From an uncultured Chloroflexia bacterium (lineage in GTDB: Bacteria; Chloroflexota; Limnocylindria; Limnocylindrales; CSP1-4): DNA of 64,000 bases. How positions within the stretch are numbered: position 1 is the stretch's first letter; every line of letters begins with the position of its first letter. Positions 19,075 through 26,409 of the stretch are shown piece by piece. A program made the translations under genes and the position numbers. The notes beneath the pieces are model-generated. The model did no database searches, was not told the DNA's origin, and worked only from the letters and a program-made list of their open reading frames with translations. Location of the stretch: the NCBI GenBank assembly GCA_963817095.1, contig CAWFND010000008.1, positions 32,107 to 96,106 of the forward strand, in the 5' to 3' direction.

Positions 19075-20427
19075 ATGTCCATCGAGCCCGCCACCCCGTC
19101 CGCCACGATCGCCCTGACCGCAGCGATCCTGCCCGACCATCCCGAGTACGACGCCCACCGCGAGATGTTCAACGGCCAGCTCGACCGCCATCCGGCCGCG
19201 ATCGTGCCCTGCGCCACGACCGAGGAGGTGGTCGCCGCCGTTCGGGCAGCCCGCGCCGCGAACCTGCCGATCGGCGTCCGTGGCGGCGGCCACAGCATCG
19301 CCGGCCATTGCATGCCGGACGGCGCCCTGGTGGTCTCGCTGACGCCCATGCGCGACGTGGTCGTGGACACGGAGCGGCGGCTGGCCCACGCCGGCGGCGG
19401 AGCACTCTGGGATGACGTCGACGCGGCCGCCTTCGCCCACGGGCTGGCGGTGACCGGCGGGACGTTCGGGGACACGGGGATCGGCGGTCTGACGCTCGGC
19501 GGCGGGCTCGGCTGGCTGCTGCCCGTCATGGGGTTCACCTGCGACAACCTCGTCGAGGCGGAGGTGGTGACCGCCGACGGCGAGGTCGTCATCGCCGGTC
19601 CGACCGGGGATCGCGATCTCCTCTGGGCGCTCCGTGGCGGCGGCGGGAACTTCGGGGTCGTGACGCGGTTCACGTACCGGCTCCAGCCGGTCGAACCATT
19701 GTTCGGCGGCGCGATCACCTTCCCGGCCGAGGCCGCGGCCGCCGTCCACGCCCGGATCCACGAGGTCCTCGACCGCTGGCCGACGGCGTGCGCCCCGTTC
19801 GTCCCCATCGGACGTGGCGAGGACGGAGCGAACGAGATCTCGATCCTGCTTGCCGTGGTCGACGGCAGCGACGGCGAAACGATCGCTGCGGCCCTGCGCC
19901 GCGACCTGCCGGTGAAGGCCGACGATCTCGGGCCGCGGACGTATCTCGAGCTCCAGGCCATGAGCGGGATCCTGCCCTTCGGGCTGCGCCACTACTGGAA
20001 GGGCCACTTCCTCCGGGAGCTGGACCGGCCGATGTTCGAGGCGCTCGTCGAGGCGGCAGCGAGCGAGGACAGCGTGGAGAGCTCGTTCGTCCTCCTCGAG
20101 GCGGTCACCGGCGCCGGGATGACGGAACCCGAGGGCGGCGCGGCGTTCGGCCAGCGGGCGGCCCGTTGGAACGCCAGCGCAATCGCGATCTGGGAGTCAC
20201 CGGAGGCCGACGAGATCGCGATCGGCTGGTCGAGGCGCGTAGCGGACATCCTCGCGCCGGCGTCGCTGACCGGTGGCGGGTACATGAACTACTCGCCCGT
20301 CGACGAGAGCCCGGATCGGGTCCGCGCCGCGTATGGCGATGAGCGGTGGGCGCGGCTGGTCGCCGTGAAGCGGCGGCTCGACCCGGACAACGTCTTCCGG
20401 TTCAACCACAACATCCGACCGGACTGA
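19075..20427 (+). CDS. FAD-binding oxidoreductase (FAD_binding_4 domain plus berberine-bridge-like C-terminus)
   Basis: ATG 19075 with AGGAGGG upstream. 450 aa. GVRGGGHS, GGTFGDTGIGGLTLGGGLGWL, LLWALRGGGGNFGVVT. C-terminal YGDERWARLVAVKRRLDPDNVFRFNHNI (BBE-type motif). Confidence 0.8.
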   Translation: MSIEPATPSATIALTAAILPDHPEYDAHREMFNGQLDRHPAAIVPCATTEEVVAAVRAARAANLPIGVRGGGHSIAGHCMPDGALVVSLTPMRDVVVDTERRLAHAGGGALWDDVDAAAFAHGLAVTGGTFGDTGIGGLTLGGGLGWLLPVMGFTCDNLVEAEVVTADGEVVIAGPTGDRDLLWALRGGGGNFGVVTRFTYRLQPVEPLFGGAITFPAEAAAAVHARIHEVLDRWPTACAPFVPIGRGEDGANEISILLAVVDGSDGETIAAALRRDLPVKADDLGPRTYLELQAMSGILPFGLRHYWKGHFLRELDRPMFEALVEAAASEDSVESSFVLLEAVTGAGMTEPEGGAAFGQRAARWNASAIAIWESPEADEIAIGWSRRVADILAPASLTGGGYMNYSPVDESPDRVRAAYGDERWARLVAVKRRLDPDNVFRFNHNIRPD

Positions 20428-20433
20428 CCCCCG

Positions 20434-20712
20434 TCAGCCCTCGGTCGCGTCGTCCGCCGCGATGTCCCTGACGTCCAGGCCGCCGCCGGGGCGGCTGATC
20501 AGCTGCTGGACCCGGAGCTCGGCTTCACCGAGGAGCCGCTCGCAGTGGCGCTGCAGGGCGACCGCGCGCTCGGTCCGGGCGATCGTGTCCTCGAGCGACA
20601 GCCCACCCGTCTCGAGCTCCGCGACGACCGCGCGCAGCTCGGCGAAGGCGTCGTCGAACGTCAGCCGGTCGATGTCACCGGCGGGCTCGACCTTGGGGGG
20701 CTCAATCGTCAT
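20434..20712 (-). CDS. xseB: exodeoxyribonuclease VII small subunit
   Basis: 92 aa from ATG 20712. FDDAFAELRAVVAELETGGLSLEDTI helix-hairpin typical of XseB. Confidence 0.8.
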   Translation of the reverse strand: MTIEPPKVEPAGDIDRLTFDDAFAELRAVVAELETGGLSLEDTIARTERAVALQRHCERLLGEAELRVQQLISRPGGGLDVRDIAADDATEG

Positions 20713-20830
20713 CGGGCTCCTTGTCCCGCTCGGCCAGGCGACCGACGAGCGGCGCGACGAGCATACCAATCACCAGGCCGACGACCACGACGACGACCAC
20801 GATTGCGACGAGGACGATGAGGTCGCTCAG
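20702..20830 (-). CDS. candidate hydrophobic micro-ORF between xseA and xseB (32-42 aa depending on start)
   Basis: Third frame is open from 20857 to the TGA at 20702. It reads (L)SDLIVLVAIVVVVVVVGLVIGMLVAPLVGRLAERDKEPDDD. A possible CTG at 20830 overlaps the xseA stop; the first GTG is at 20800. The stop overlaps the xseB start by 11 nt. GC3-rich. No canonical ATG. Confidence 0.25.
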   Translation of the reverse strand: MSDLIVLVAIVVVVVVVGLVIGMLVAPLVGRLAERDKEPDDD

Positions 20831-22218
20831 GCGGTCTCCCCGGCGGTCGCCGGCAGCTCACCGTCGGCGACGCGGATCGACAGGGCCGTCCCTGCCGGGG
20901 CATCTCCCGGTCGCCGGATGATCGCCCCGTCGGCGGCACGGCGGACGATCGCATACCCCCGCTCGAGCGTCGCCTGCGGTCCGAGGACGGCCAGGGCGGA
21001 GGCACTGGCCGCCAACGTCGCACGGGCAGCCGCGAGGCGGGCGAGCAGCGGCCGCGGGACGTCCGCCGACGTCGTGCGCAGGGCGCTCGACCGCCGCTCG
21101 ATCGCCGCGTCGGCGACGCGCACCGCGCGATCCAGAAGCAGCCCGACCCGTTCGCGGTCGGCGACCAGCTGCGCCCGTGGGTCCAGCCGATCGAGAGCCC
21201 GCCGCTCCACCGCCAGCTCGCGCCGCACGGCCTCGAGGGTCCGCGAGACCGCGGCCGACGTCCGCTCGCCGGCCCGCCGGAACGATGCCAGCCACTCGGC
21301 GCGATCCGGGACGACCAGCTCGGCGGCCGCGGACGGCGTCGCCGCCCGCACGTCGGCCGCGAAGTCGGCAAGCGTCACGTCGACCTCGTGGCCGACCCCG
21401 GTCACGACCGGCAGGCGATGGGCGACGACGGCCCGCACGACCCGTTCGTCGTTGAACGACCAGAGGTCCTCGAGGGAGCCGCCGCCGCGTGCGAGGATCG
21501 TCAGCTGCGGCGCATCGGTCGGGCGGCCGTCGCGCTCCAGGCCCGCGAGCCACTGCTCGAGGCGGCGGAACGCCCGGACGATGCTCTCCGGCGCGTCGTC
21601 GCCCTGGACCTTGCACGGAACGAGGAGCACCTGCGTCATCGGCCAGCGCCGGGAGAGGACGGTGGCGATGTCGTGCCAGACGACTCCCGTGGGGCTCGTG
21701 ATCACCGCGATCGTCGCCGGTCGTGGCGGCAGTTGCCGCTTGCGGGCCGGGTCGAACAGGCCTTCGGCGTCCAGGCGCGCCTTCAGCGCCTCGAACCGGA
21801 TCGCCAGGTCGCCGAACCCGGCCGGCTGGATGGACTCGACGTAGAGCTGGACCGCGCCCTGCTGCTCGAACAGGTCGACCCGGCCATGGACGACGATCCG
21901 GAGCCCCGCCTGGGGCTGGAACACGGATCGCGCCCGCTCGTCGCTGAACCAGACGCAGTTCAGGGTGCTGCGGGCGTCCTTGAGCGTGAAGTACGCGTGT
22001 CCGGCGCTGCTGACGGTGACCCGCCCGACCTCGCCCTCGACCCAGACGTCGGCGAGGCGAGGATCGGCCCGGACGGCCTCGCGGATCGCCCGGGCGACGT
22101 CGCTGACGTTGAGGATCCGGAGCCCGAAGGTCCCCGGTGGCACCGACGCGGCGTCCGTGGCCGCCGGCCCGTTGTCGGCCCCGGCGTCCCAGCCCGGCAG
22201 CAGCTCGTTCGATCCCAC
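20827..22218 (-). CDS. xseA: exodeoxyribonuclease VII large subunit
   Basis: 463 aa, GTG start. OB-fold N-terminus (VWVEGEVGRVTVSSAGHAYFTLKD), ILARGGGSLEDLWSFNDE, VGHEVDVTLADF. Confidence 0.9.
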   Translation of the reverse strand: MGSNELLPGWDAGADNGPAATDAASVPPGTFGLRILNVSDVARAIREAVRADPRLADVWVEGEVGRVTVSSAGHAYFTLKDARSTLNCVWFSDERARSVFQPQAGLRIVVHGRVDLFEQQGAVQLYVESIQPAGFGDLAIRFEALKARLDAEGLFDPARKRQLPPRPATIAVITSPTGVVWHDIATVLSRRWPMTQVLLVPCKVQGDDAPESIVRAFRRLEQWLAGLERDGRPTDAPQLTILARGGGSLEDLWSFNDERVVRAVVAHRLPVVTGVGHEVDVTLADFAADVRAATPSAAAELVVPDRAEWLASFRRAGERTSAAVSRTLEAVRRELAVERRALDRLDPRAQLVADRERVGLLLDRAVRVADAAIERRSSALRTTSADVPRPLLARLAAARATLAASASALAVLGPQATLERGYAIVRRAADGAIIRRPGDAPAGTALSIRVADGELPATAGETA

Positions 22219-22224
22219 GAGCCC

Positions 22225-22230
22225 ATGCTA
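22225..22230 (-). promoter_or_regulatory. putative -10 hexamer TAGCAT, 6 nt upstream of the xseA GTG (leaderless-type promoter)
   Basis: Plus strand reads atgcta in the 65-nt spacer after the GH3 gene. No SD. Confidence 0.3.
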
Positions 22231-22283
22231 GCGGGCGACGTCCGTGACGGCCCATCCGGCCGGCTCGGATGCGGGCCTGTGGG

Positions 22284-23477
22284 TCAGGCGGCGCGCTTGA
22301 GCGCGAGGATCCGGCGGTCCGATGCCTCGAGGCCCGCGGGCGGCAGCCGTCCGGCCTCGGCGTCCGAGAGGAGAGCCGCGAAGGCGCGGTTGGTCGAGGC
22401 TTCCGAGCCGGTCAGCAGGATGAGGTCCGTCCCGGCACCCGCGGCGCGCTCCGCGAGGTGGCTGGCGGTGAGACCGCGCGCCGCCGCCGTGCCATCGAGC
22501 GAGTCCGTCATCGTCACGCCGCGGAACCCGAGCTGATCGCGGAGGAGAGTCGTGTTGATCGCCGGCGACCAGCCGGCGGCGGCATGGGCATCCCAGACGG
22601 CATACGTCGCGTTCGAGAGCATGATGACCGGCAGCCCGGCGGCGATCGCGGCTCGGTACGGCTGGAGGCCGGGGTTGAGGGCGGCCCGACTCGCCCGGAT
22701 CGAGACGATCCGCGCGTCGGTGTCCAGGCTCGCGAACCCGAGGCCGGGAAAGTGCTTGAGGATCGGGACCACGCCCCCGGCCCTGAGGCCCTCAGCGAAG
22801 GCAACGGCCAGCGTGGTCGTCCGCGCCGCCGAGAACGACCATGTCCGGTGCTGTCGGTACAGGATCGACGCCGTGGACGCCGGAACGTCGACCACCGGTG
22901 CCAGGTCCACGTCGATCCCGAGCGCATGTAGCGCCTTTCCGGTCGCGAGTCCCTGAGAACGGGCTTGTGCCGCGGACCCCAGCGCTCCGAGCTGTGCCGG
23001 CGAGAGGGTCGGTGGCGCCCACGGGATTCGCTTGATCGGCCCGCCCTCCTGGTCGACCGCAACCAGGAGCCTGGGCTGACCCGCCGCGGACGCGGCGTGG
23101 TGGAGCTGCGTGGTGAGCGCCACGAGGGCCGTCTTCGTCGTCAGGTTGCGTCCGAAGAGGATCACGCCGCCGATCTCGCCGCGAACGATCCGGCCCATGA
23201 GGTCGACCGTCGGCAGCGGCCCGTCCATCGCGACGATCAACCGCTGCCCGACCAGCCTTTTGAGCGTCGCCTCCGACGGAGCCGCGCCCGGCTCGATCGC
23301 CACCGGCGAAGGCGTCGCGGCGATTGCCGGCGACCGCGACGCCGTCGCCGCGGCCTCGCTCGGGGCCAGTCCGGCTCCGACGGAGCAACCACTCACCGCG
23401 ATCGCGGCGACGATGGCTCCGGCGACGACGTGAGTGATTGGCGCTCGTCGACCCCGATCGAGACCTAGCGAGCCCAC
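22284..23477 (-). CDS. glycoside hydrolase family 3 N-terminal-domain lipoprotein (beta-N-acetylhexosaminidase, NagZ-like)
   Basis: 397 aa from GTG 23477. Signal peptide with lipobox AIAVSGC. GH3 motifs VAVDQEGGPIKR and KHFPGLG. The start overlaps the anti-sigma gene end by 13 nt. Confidence 0.78.
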   Translation of the reverse strand: MGSLGLDRGRRAPITHVVAGAIVAAIAVSGCSVGAGLAPSEAAATASRSPAIAATPSPVAIEPGAAPSEATLKRLVGQRLIVAMDGPLPTVDLMGRIVRGEIGGVILFGRNLTTKTALVALTTQLHHAASAAGQPRLLVAVDQEGGPIKRIPWAPPTLSPAQLGALGSAAQARSQGLATGKALHALGIDVDLAPVVDVPASTASILYRQHRTWSFSAARTTTLAVAFAEGLRAGGVVPILKHFPGLGFASLDTDARIVSIRASRAALNPGLQPYRAAIAAGLPVIMLSNATYAVWDAHAAAGWSPAINTTLLRDQLGFRGVTMTDSLDGTAAARGLTASHLAERAAGAGTDLILLTGSEASTNRAFAALLSDAEAGRLPPAGLEASDRRILALKRAA

Positions 23478-24244
23478 GGGTGCTGGCTGATGTCTGCAGG
23501 CTGGCCCGGGCCGTTGCAGGGCGGCACGGTCGTGTCGGTCGGACTCTGAGCCTTGGACACGACGCGCACTCCGCCGCCGAGGTCGTAGGCGATCGTCACC
23601 GGGGCCACGACGGGGGCCTTGCACACGTTGGTGACGTCGACCTGGCTGTTGAGGACGTCACCCGGCTTGAGCGTGAGCTCGTGACCACCGGGCTTGCCGG
23701 TCCCCTGGGCCAGGACGGTGCCCCGCCCATCGACGAGCTGCGGAATGGTCGCTGCGAGCATCGTGCACGTTGCGGAGCCGCGGTTGGTCATCGTGACGAT
23801 GGCGATCCGGTTGCCCGCGGCGCCCTCCCAGGACGTGATCCGGGCGGACAGGTCCGTCGCCGCGCACGGTCCGATGGTCGGGACGGGCGTGGGGGTCGGT
23901 GTCGGGGTCGGGGTCGCCGAGGGCTCGGCCGACGGGCTCGGCTCCACCGAGGGCGACGGCTCGGGCGACGCGCTCGGGGCCTCGGACGGAGACGCGCTCT
24001 CGACGACCGCGGCATCGCTCGAGCTCGGTGACGGGCTGGCACCCACCCCGGTCGACGTGCGCCCCCCGAGCCAGGCGACCGCCACGACGAGCGCGGCAGC
24101 GAGGAGCCCGGCGCCGATGAGGCCGAAGACGGACCCGTGGCTACGGTCCGGCGAGCCATGCGGGGCCTGGACGGGGCGGCGGGCGGTCTCACTCACGGCA
24201 TTCCACTCCTCGAGGATGCGATCGCTCTTCGACTTGGGCTCCAT
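23465..24244 (-). CDS. putative anti-sigma factor: single-pass membrane protein with extracytoplasmic DUF4232-like domain
   Basis: 259 aa from ATG 24244 (1-nt TGATG overlap with the sigma gene). TM helix VFGLIGAGLLAAALVVAVAWL, then a Ser/Pro/Thr-rich linker (PTPTPTPTPVP). Followed by C..DL......TNRGSATC...P pattern resembling DUF4232. Confidence 0.6.
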   Translation of the reverse strand: MEPKSKSDRILEEWNAVSETARRPVQAPHGSPDRSHGSVFGLIGAGLLAAALVVAVAWLGGRTSTGVGASPSPSSSDAAVVESASPSEAPSASPEPSPSVEPSPSAEPSATPTPTPTPTPVPTIGPCAATDLSARITSWEGAAGNRIAIVTMTNRGSATCTMLAATIPQLVDGRGTVLAQGTGKPGGHELTLKPGDVLNSQVDVTNVCKAPVVAPVTIAYDLGGGVRVVSKAQSPTDTTVPPCNGPGQPADISQHPWAR

Positions 24245-24747
24245 CACGCGGTCTCCAGCTTCGTTCGGGCGCGGCTCACGGCGGCGCGGAGGGCTCCGGC
24301 GGTCGTTCCGAGGACGGCGGCAGCCTCCTCGTAGGTCGCTCCCTCGACGGCGGTCAGCACGAGCGCCGTCCGTTCGAGCGACGAGAGATCGTTCATCGCG
24401 GCAACGACGTCGAGCCAGCGGGCGCGGACGGTCGGGTCCGAGTCGAGGGTCGACGGCATCGATGGCGACGCGAGCAGCCGGCGCCGGAGCTGGCGGAAGC
24501 GGTCCGTCGCAAGGCGACGTGTCGTCACGAGCAGCCACGGCAGGACCGGACGGTCCCAGTCCAGCCGGTTCCGCTGGTCCCAGAGTCGGAGGTACGCCTC
24601 CTGGGCGAGGTCCTCGGCCGCGGACCAGTCGTTTGTCCAGGCGAGGGCGAACCGGAACACGTCCGACCAGTGGCGGTCGAATGCGTGCTCGTAGGCGAGG
24701 TCCGTCGAGTCGGCGATGGCCACGTGCGTCGTCACATCCTCAAACAC
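24244..24747 (-). CDS. ECF-type RNA polymerase sigma-70 family factor
   Basis: About 165 aa. Region 2 (FRFALAWTNDWSAAEDLAQEAYLRLW) and region 4 HTH (LSSLERTALVLTAVEGATYEEAAAVLGTTAGALRAAVSRAR). The start is GTG 24747 or GTG 24735. Confidence 0.82.
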   Translation of the reverse strand: MFEDVTTHVAIADSTDLAYEHAFDRHWSDVFRFALAWTNDWSAAEDLAQEAYLRLWDQRNRLDWDRPVLPWLLVTTRRLATDRFRQLRRRLLASPSMPSTLDSDPTVRARWLDVVAAMNDLSSLERTALVLTAVEGATYEEAAAVLGTTAGALRAAVSRARTKLETA

Positions 24748-24782
24748 GCCGGCAGGTGCCGAAACGCACGAAACCGGTCGAC

Positions 24783-24816
24783 GGCGATCATTGCGCACCC
24801 AGCCGCGTTGATCGCC
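24783..24816. promoter_or_regulatory. inverted repeat GGCGATCA-N18-TGATCGCC in the sigma/XRE divergent spacer (candidate operator)
   Basis: Arms at 24783-24790 and 24809-24816 are exact reverse complements. They lie in the lower-GC 149-nt divergent intergenic region. Confidence 0.3.
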
Positions 24817-24844
24817 AGCAAATCGACGAACACCATGCTGGCGG

Positions 24845-24856
24845 CGTGTCGACACG
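24845..24856. promoter_or_regulatory. perfect 12-bp palindrome CGTGTCGACACG, 41 nt upstream of the XRE regulator ATG (candidate operator)
   Basis: Read directly from the sequence; it is self-complementary. Confidence 0.35.
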
Positions 24857-24896
24857 CGAACGCAGACTCGATCGAGGAAGGCGACTTGCCCGGCGC

Positions 24897-25499
24897 ATGC
24901 TCGCGTCGATCGGTGAGGAGCTGCGCGAGGGGCGGATCCAGGCGGGGCTGACGCAGGGCGAGCTCGGCGCAATCGCGGGGATTTCACCCGCAGAGATCAG
25001 CCGGATCGAGCGTGCCCAATCGCCGCACGTGGCGTACGAGAGCCTGGTCATGCTCGCCTCCGCGCTTGGTCTGGACCTCCCGCTCCGGGCCTTCCCGAAC
25101 GGCGACCCGGTCCGGGACGCCGCGCAGCTCGCCCTGATCGGGCGACTCCGGGCGCTGCTCCCTCCGAGCCTGCGCCAGCGGACCGAAGTCCCGCTTGGCA
25201 TTCCGGGTGATCTTCGTGCGTGGGACGTGGTCGTCGACGGGCCGGGTTGGTCGATCCCCGTGGAGGCGGAGACGAGGTTGCGAGACGTCCAGGCGCTGCT
25301 TCGTCGCGTTGGGTTGAAAGCGCGGGATGGTCGAGCCGATCGCCTGATCCTGCTCGTGGCGGACACGCGACACAACCGTCACGTCCTCCGGCTGGCCGCA
25401 GCCGAGTTCGCCGGTGCGTTTCCGGTCCGCGGGCGCGACGCTCTCCTCGCACTCAGGACCGGCGTCGAGCCTCCAGGGAGGAGCGTCGTCCTCGCTTGA
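24897..25499 (+). CDS. XRE-family helix-turn-helix regulator with uncharacterised C-terminal domain
   Basis: 200 aa from ATG 24897. HTH LTQGELGAIAGISPAEISRIERAQ. The roughly 130-aa C-terminal domain carries AWDVVVDG...IPVEAETR. Confidence 0.75.
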   Translation: MLASIGEELREGRIQAGLTQGELGAIAGISPAEISRIERAQSPHVAYESLVMLASALGLDLPLRAFPNGDPVRDAAQLALIGRLRALLPPSLRQRTEVPLGIPGDLRAWDVVVDGPGWSIPVEAETRLRDVQALLRRVGLKARDGRADRLILLVADTRHNRHVLRLAAAEFAGAFPVRGRDALLALRTGVEPPGRSVVLA

Positions 25500-25518
25500 G
25501 GGTCCACAACACTGCTGC

Positions 25519-25672
25519 GATTCTCGCCGGGCGAACGTACCCGACGAGTTCCGCTGCGTTCGAGAGCGAACCTGGCAGCTCTCGATCGTCGGACGAGAAT
25601 CTCCGCCCGAATCGCGAGATTCGAGCGCCCACATCGCCGCGACCTGCCCGATACGCTCGTGGGGCGAGAATC
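25519..25672. repeat. three copies of GAGAATC plus the related palindrome CGAATCGCGAGATTCG in a 230-nt convergent spacer
   Basis: gattctc at 25519-25525 (inverted). gagaatc at 25595-25601 and 25666-25672. Flanking GGCGAGAATCG is shared by the outer copies. Palindrome at 25608-25623. Hairpin at 25554-25578. Confidence 0.35.
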
Positions 25673-25729
25673 GACGCTTGGGCGAGCGAGCGACCCGAGG
25701 CGTGCCAGCGCGCCGGCGCCGCAGCGGAG

Positions 25730-26287
25730 CTAGACCCGGGTCTGGTACTCCCCGGTCCGCGTGTCGACGCGGATCGTGTCGCCGGACTCGACGAAGATCG
25801 GGACCGTGACGACCAGACCCGTCTCGGTCGTCGCCGGCTTCCTGGCGCCGGTCTGGGTGTCGCCGGCGAAGCCGGGCTCGGTGTCGGCGACGACGAGATC
25901 GACCGTGACGGGGAGCTCGACACCGATCGTCTCGCCCTGGTACGTCGTCCGGTCGAGCGTCATCCCGTCCTTCATGTACTGCGCCGCCTCGCCGAGCTGG
26001 TCGGCCGTGAGGTGGAACTGGTCGTAGGTGTCCGTGTCCATGAAGTGGTAGTCGGCGTCATCGCGGTAGAGGAACTGGACGGGCCGCTTCTCCATCGACG
26101 CGCGCGGCCATTTCGTGCCGGCCTGGAACGAGCGCTCAACCGTCTGGCCGCGCTTGATGTTGCGGAGGGTGATCCGGACCTGCGCGGACCCGCGGCCCAT
26201 CTTGATGTGGTGGTAGTCGAGGATCTGCCAGAGCTCGCCGTCGAGCTCGATGGCGACGCCCTTCTTCAGTTCACCGGTGCTGATCAT
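25730..26287 (-). CDS. efp: elongation factor P
   Basis: 185 aa from ATG 26287 with AGGAG 11 nt upstream. ELKKGVAIELDGELW, loop HIKMGRGSAQVR, three OB-like domains. Confidence 0.92.
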   Translation of the reverse strand: MISTGELKKGVAIELDGELWQILDYHHIKMGRGSAQVRITLRNIKRGQTVERSFQAGTKWPRASMEKRPVQFLYRDDADYHFMDTDTYDQFHLTADQLGEAAQYMKDGMTLDRTTYQGETIGVELPVTVDLVVADTEPGFAGDTQTGARKPATTETGLVVTVPIFVESGDTIRVDTRTGEYQTRV

Positions 26288-26377
26288 GTCGGGTGGGCTC
26301 CTGGGGCGGCGCTCACGGCGCTCGCGGCGCGGACCGGCGCGTCGAAGCCGGTGGTCGTGATCGGGTTTCGGGCAGGA

Positions 26378-26383
26378 ATTGTA
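26378..26383 (-). promoter_or_regulatory. putative -10 hexamer TACAAT upstream of efp (about 90-nt leader)
   Basis: Plus strand reads attgta in the 122-nt pepP-efp spacer. It is a perfect consensus-like hexamer in GC-rich context. No convincing -35. Confidence 0.35.
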
Positions 26384-26409
26384 GCCGACGGGTCGGGCAC
26401 CGCCGCCAT

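Noticed and set aside
15076-20007. 1643-aa track ORF that could be read as a giant multidomain fusion protein
   Set aside because: It is a read-through composite. It joins nadK, the frameshifted tlyA and dxs, and the antisense strand of the FAD oxidoreductase gene. They are joined only because GC-rich frames lack stop codons and because of the apparent 1-nt insertions. Internal starts with ATGA overlaps and an SD define the separate genes.
23900-24010. Short tandem repeats (PTPTPTPT region here, DAPDAPDAP at about 5095-5125, STESTES at about 10330-10362) as CRISPR-like or VNTR elements
   Set aside because: They are in-frame low-complexity linkers or N-termini inside coding genes. The repeat units are 6-15 nt with no spacers, so they are not CRISPR arrays.
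25500-25729. tRNA or other structured RNA gene in the 230-nt convergent spacer
   Set aside because: There is no cloverleaf-compatible arms or TPsiC (GTTCGAATC-type) box, and no motifs of SRP RNA, RNase P RNA or tmRNA recognised by eye. It is retained only as an unexplained repeat-bearing spacer.
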